This document shows positions 61,758 to 64,000 of a stretch of DNA of 64,000 nucleotides, one piece after another (position 1 is the first letter of the stretch; each line of letters opens with the position of its first letter). The position numbers were made by a program, and so were the translations under genes. Below the pieces are notes generated by a model. It was not told the origin of the DNA, made no database searches, and worked only from the letters and a program-made list of their open reading frames with translations. Location of the stretch: positions 46,252,001-46,316,000 of the forward strand of contig JAGIQG010000014.1 in the NCBI GenBank assembly GCA_024679065.1, written 5' to 3'. The DNA comes from Sphyrna mokarran. Lineage: Eukaryota.

Positions 61758-62644
61758 AGCAGGTTCACCAATATGCAAGTCCGCCCATTTTTCCTGACCT
61801 GGTTAGCTTATTAAAGCATTTCCTCTGATGATATCAGGAGCATGGCACAATGCTTCTGCTACAGATCTCTTTCACTGTCAGCCGTTGCTTTCATTGTTGA
61901 AGTAACAAGTTCTTTTCTCCTGCGCCTGCGGAAAACTGTTTCACTCCAACATCTCACTGCAAACTGCAGTGAATCAAGTGATGCATTATTAAACCAATGA
62001 GCAAAACACTGAATATTCTCCCATTCTGAGACCATGCCTTCTGTCAATTTAAACTCATAATGCCTCTAATTAGAATTTTAGATTGATTCTTTAATTAGTC
62101 CAGATAAGATCATACCTCGCTACATGCTCACTACCACATAATCAATGCCAATTCCATTTAAATTAGGAGACTGTGTCAAACTGCCTCAGGTTGATGTGCT
62201 GAAGGGTATATACAGAGTACAGTAGTAGATTTGAGCTGTTGTCATTCTGAAACCTTGCCATTGTACCTATTGTTCTTGCAAAAAATATTCATATTGCATC
62301 CATAGAAGTAGTGAAGCAAAGTAGCTAATGATACATCTTCTTCAATGATGTATTTTCTTCAATTCTTAACATCCAGCAAGCTGAAGTGATTCTAGCCAGT
62401 ACTGTACTTCTCATGCTGTTGACAGAAAACTGGCATAAGTAATATTAATGAAAGAGTTAAGATGATAGAAGTGAGCCAATGTAAATGTTAAGTAGCAACC
62501 AATACACAGTCCAAGCCATTTTCCTGGCATGTTAGTGTTAAAGGAGGGGAAGCTCAGTTAAAACTAATAAATATTATATATTGGGACTTTGGCAATTGTA
62601 CATATTTGTACATATTCAATATGTGATCTTTGAATATATTTGTT

Positions 62645-62810
62645 AGAACATAGAACATAGAAAAGCTACAGCACAAACTACAGCCACAAGTTGTGCCAAT
62701 GATATCCATACCTAAGAGGCTTACCTATAACCTTCAATTCTATTAAATTCCATGCACTCATCCAAAAGTCTCTTGAAAGACCCTATTGAATTTGCCTCCA
62801 CCATCTCCTC
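62645..62810 (-). mobile_element. CR1-type 3' tip
   Basis: agaacatagaacatagaa tail, then atccaaaagtctcttgaa..gcctccacca. Confidence 0.7.
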
Positions 62811-64000
62811 CACATCCATTGTTGGCCATGGATCTAAAATAACAAATTTTTGGTTAAAATATCATGCAGGAGATGTATATCATTAGTTTGATCTGCCTTC
62901 CTACCTCTTCTACACAATGGGCTGGATTTTATGCAGTCCATTGCACTATTGCAACCCAAGGCTGTGGGAACCATGGTGACATGGCCCACATATTTGCAAG
63001 GGAGGCACTATGTCAAAAAAACCATCCCCCAACCGTACTCCCCATCTCCCCTCTACTTTCAGATTTAGTCAGAGGAAAGAAGGGGATAATACTGATTTCC
63101 AATCATCACTGGCAGGACGTCAAACGGGCTCATTATTGGTGCTTCGGGTATTTAACATGAGATGCATGGCTTTTTTGTGCCCATGGAAAGTTGGCCAGCA
63201 AACCACGCCAATTTTGCCAACAGTCCCTTCATGGGCAGGTCCCTCGTTTTCAGGCTTCTGTCAATTGGGAACTTGGCATCAGGAAGGAAGGCAGTCAATG
63301 AAAACCTATGATCTGCATTTGTCCCACCTTGCCACCCCCATTACATCCTCTGTGACATCTCGGTGATGTTGCTGAGCCTCTGATGGGTGCATTGCTGCCA
63401 ACAGTCATCACACTAGTTGACAACGGTGATGATGAGTACCCTCTGGTTGGCCAGCAGCTCTCAGCTGGTGGGGCATCCACCTCCAGGGGCCTCAATTGCT
63501 GGGGAGGCCTAGTGGTAGCTATTCAAGTACTTGGAGGGCACTTGATTCTATCAGAACCCCCCCTCCCCTCCCTCCCTCCCCCCACTCCCCACTGATATCA
63601 GTTCCCAGCTGGTTCACTGACCAATGGATGAAATACCATTGACCCCACAAAAACCAGTCCAATCTGTTTTTATTAAATTTTGCGAGATCATGTTCCTCTG
63701 ATAGGCACAGTGAACATCAGTGCAAAGTGAGGATACGCCAGTTTCTCCTACAATATCAAACCAGTCTGCTGTCTGTGGTCTCATTCCCACTTTACTTATT
63801 TTCTGTTTATGTTATTTGATGCACTTACTCTGGTCATGCTTTTGATCATATTGAACAATTCCTGAAAATCACAACCAATGTCAGTCATTTACTGTTTAAA
63901 ATGTAGTAAACAGACGTTGAAAACACACTAATTGACAAATCTCCAATAATTATGCCCCATTGTTGACTCTCAATTCAGACAAAGTGCAGATTTTTAATCT

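Noticed and set aside
61859-62047. Minus-strand ORF with an RRRRRK basic patch
   Set aside because: Short, with no recognisable homology or convincing exon boundaries
1-64000. The many 60-180 aa ORFs as host genes
   Set aside because: They overlap SINEs, LINEs or low-complexity DNA, or have no recognisable motifs; such ORFs are expected by chance in eukaryotic DNA

Overview
This is vertebrate genomic DNA, almost certainly from an elasmobranch (shark or ray). That call is inferred from the repeat repertoire: HE1-type V-SINEs, CR1/HER1-like LINEs, Deu-domain SINEs, Penelope-like elements, Rex1/Babar, Tx1 and L2 fragments. No host protein-coding gene can be named. A CpG-rich, repeat-free promoter-like block (~2.56-4.9 kb) carries two candidate first exons, and the rest looks like a long intron or intergenic region with a few weak exon candidates and a 147-N gap. 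Every ORF with recognisable homology is retrotransposon-derived. The main structures are: (i) a young Penelope-like element (RT + GIY-YIG, one frameshift) whose 3' end folds into a minimal hammerhead ribozyme, inside a CR1 LINE that also carries a second CR1; (ii) further hammerhead-type PLE termini from two families, three of them tiny TSD-flanked insertions with twin-priming-like inversions; (iii) V-SINEs with swapped 3' tails that point to different partner LINEs. I found no clearly new biological system. The findings are mostly mechanistic observations on known element classes. All coordinates were read by eye and repeat boundaries are approximate.
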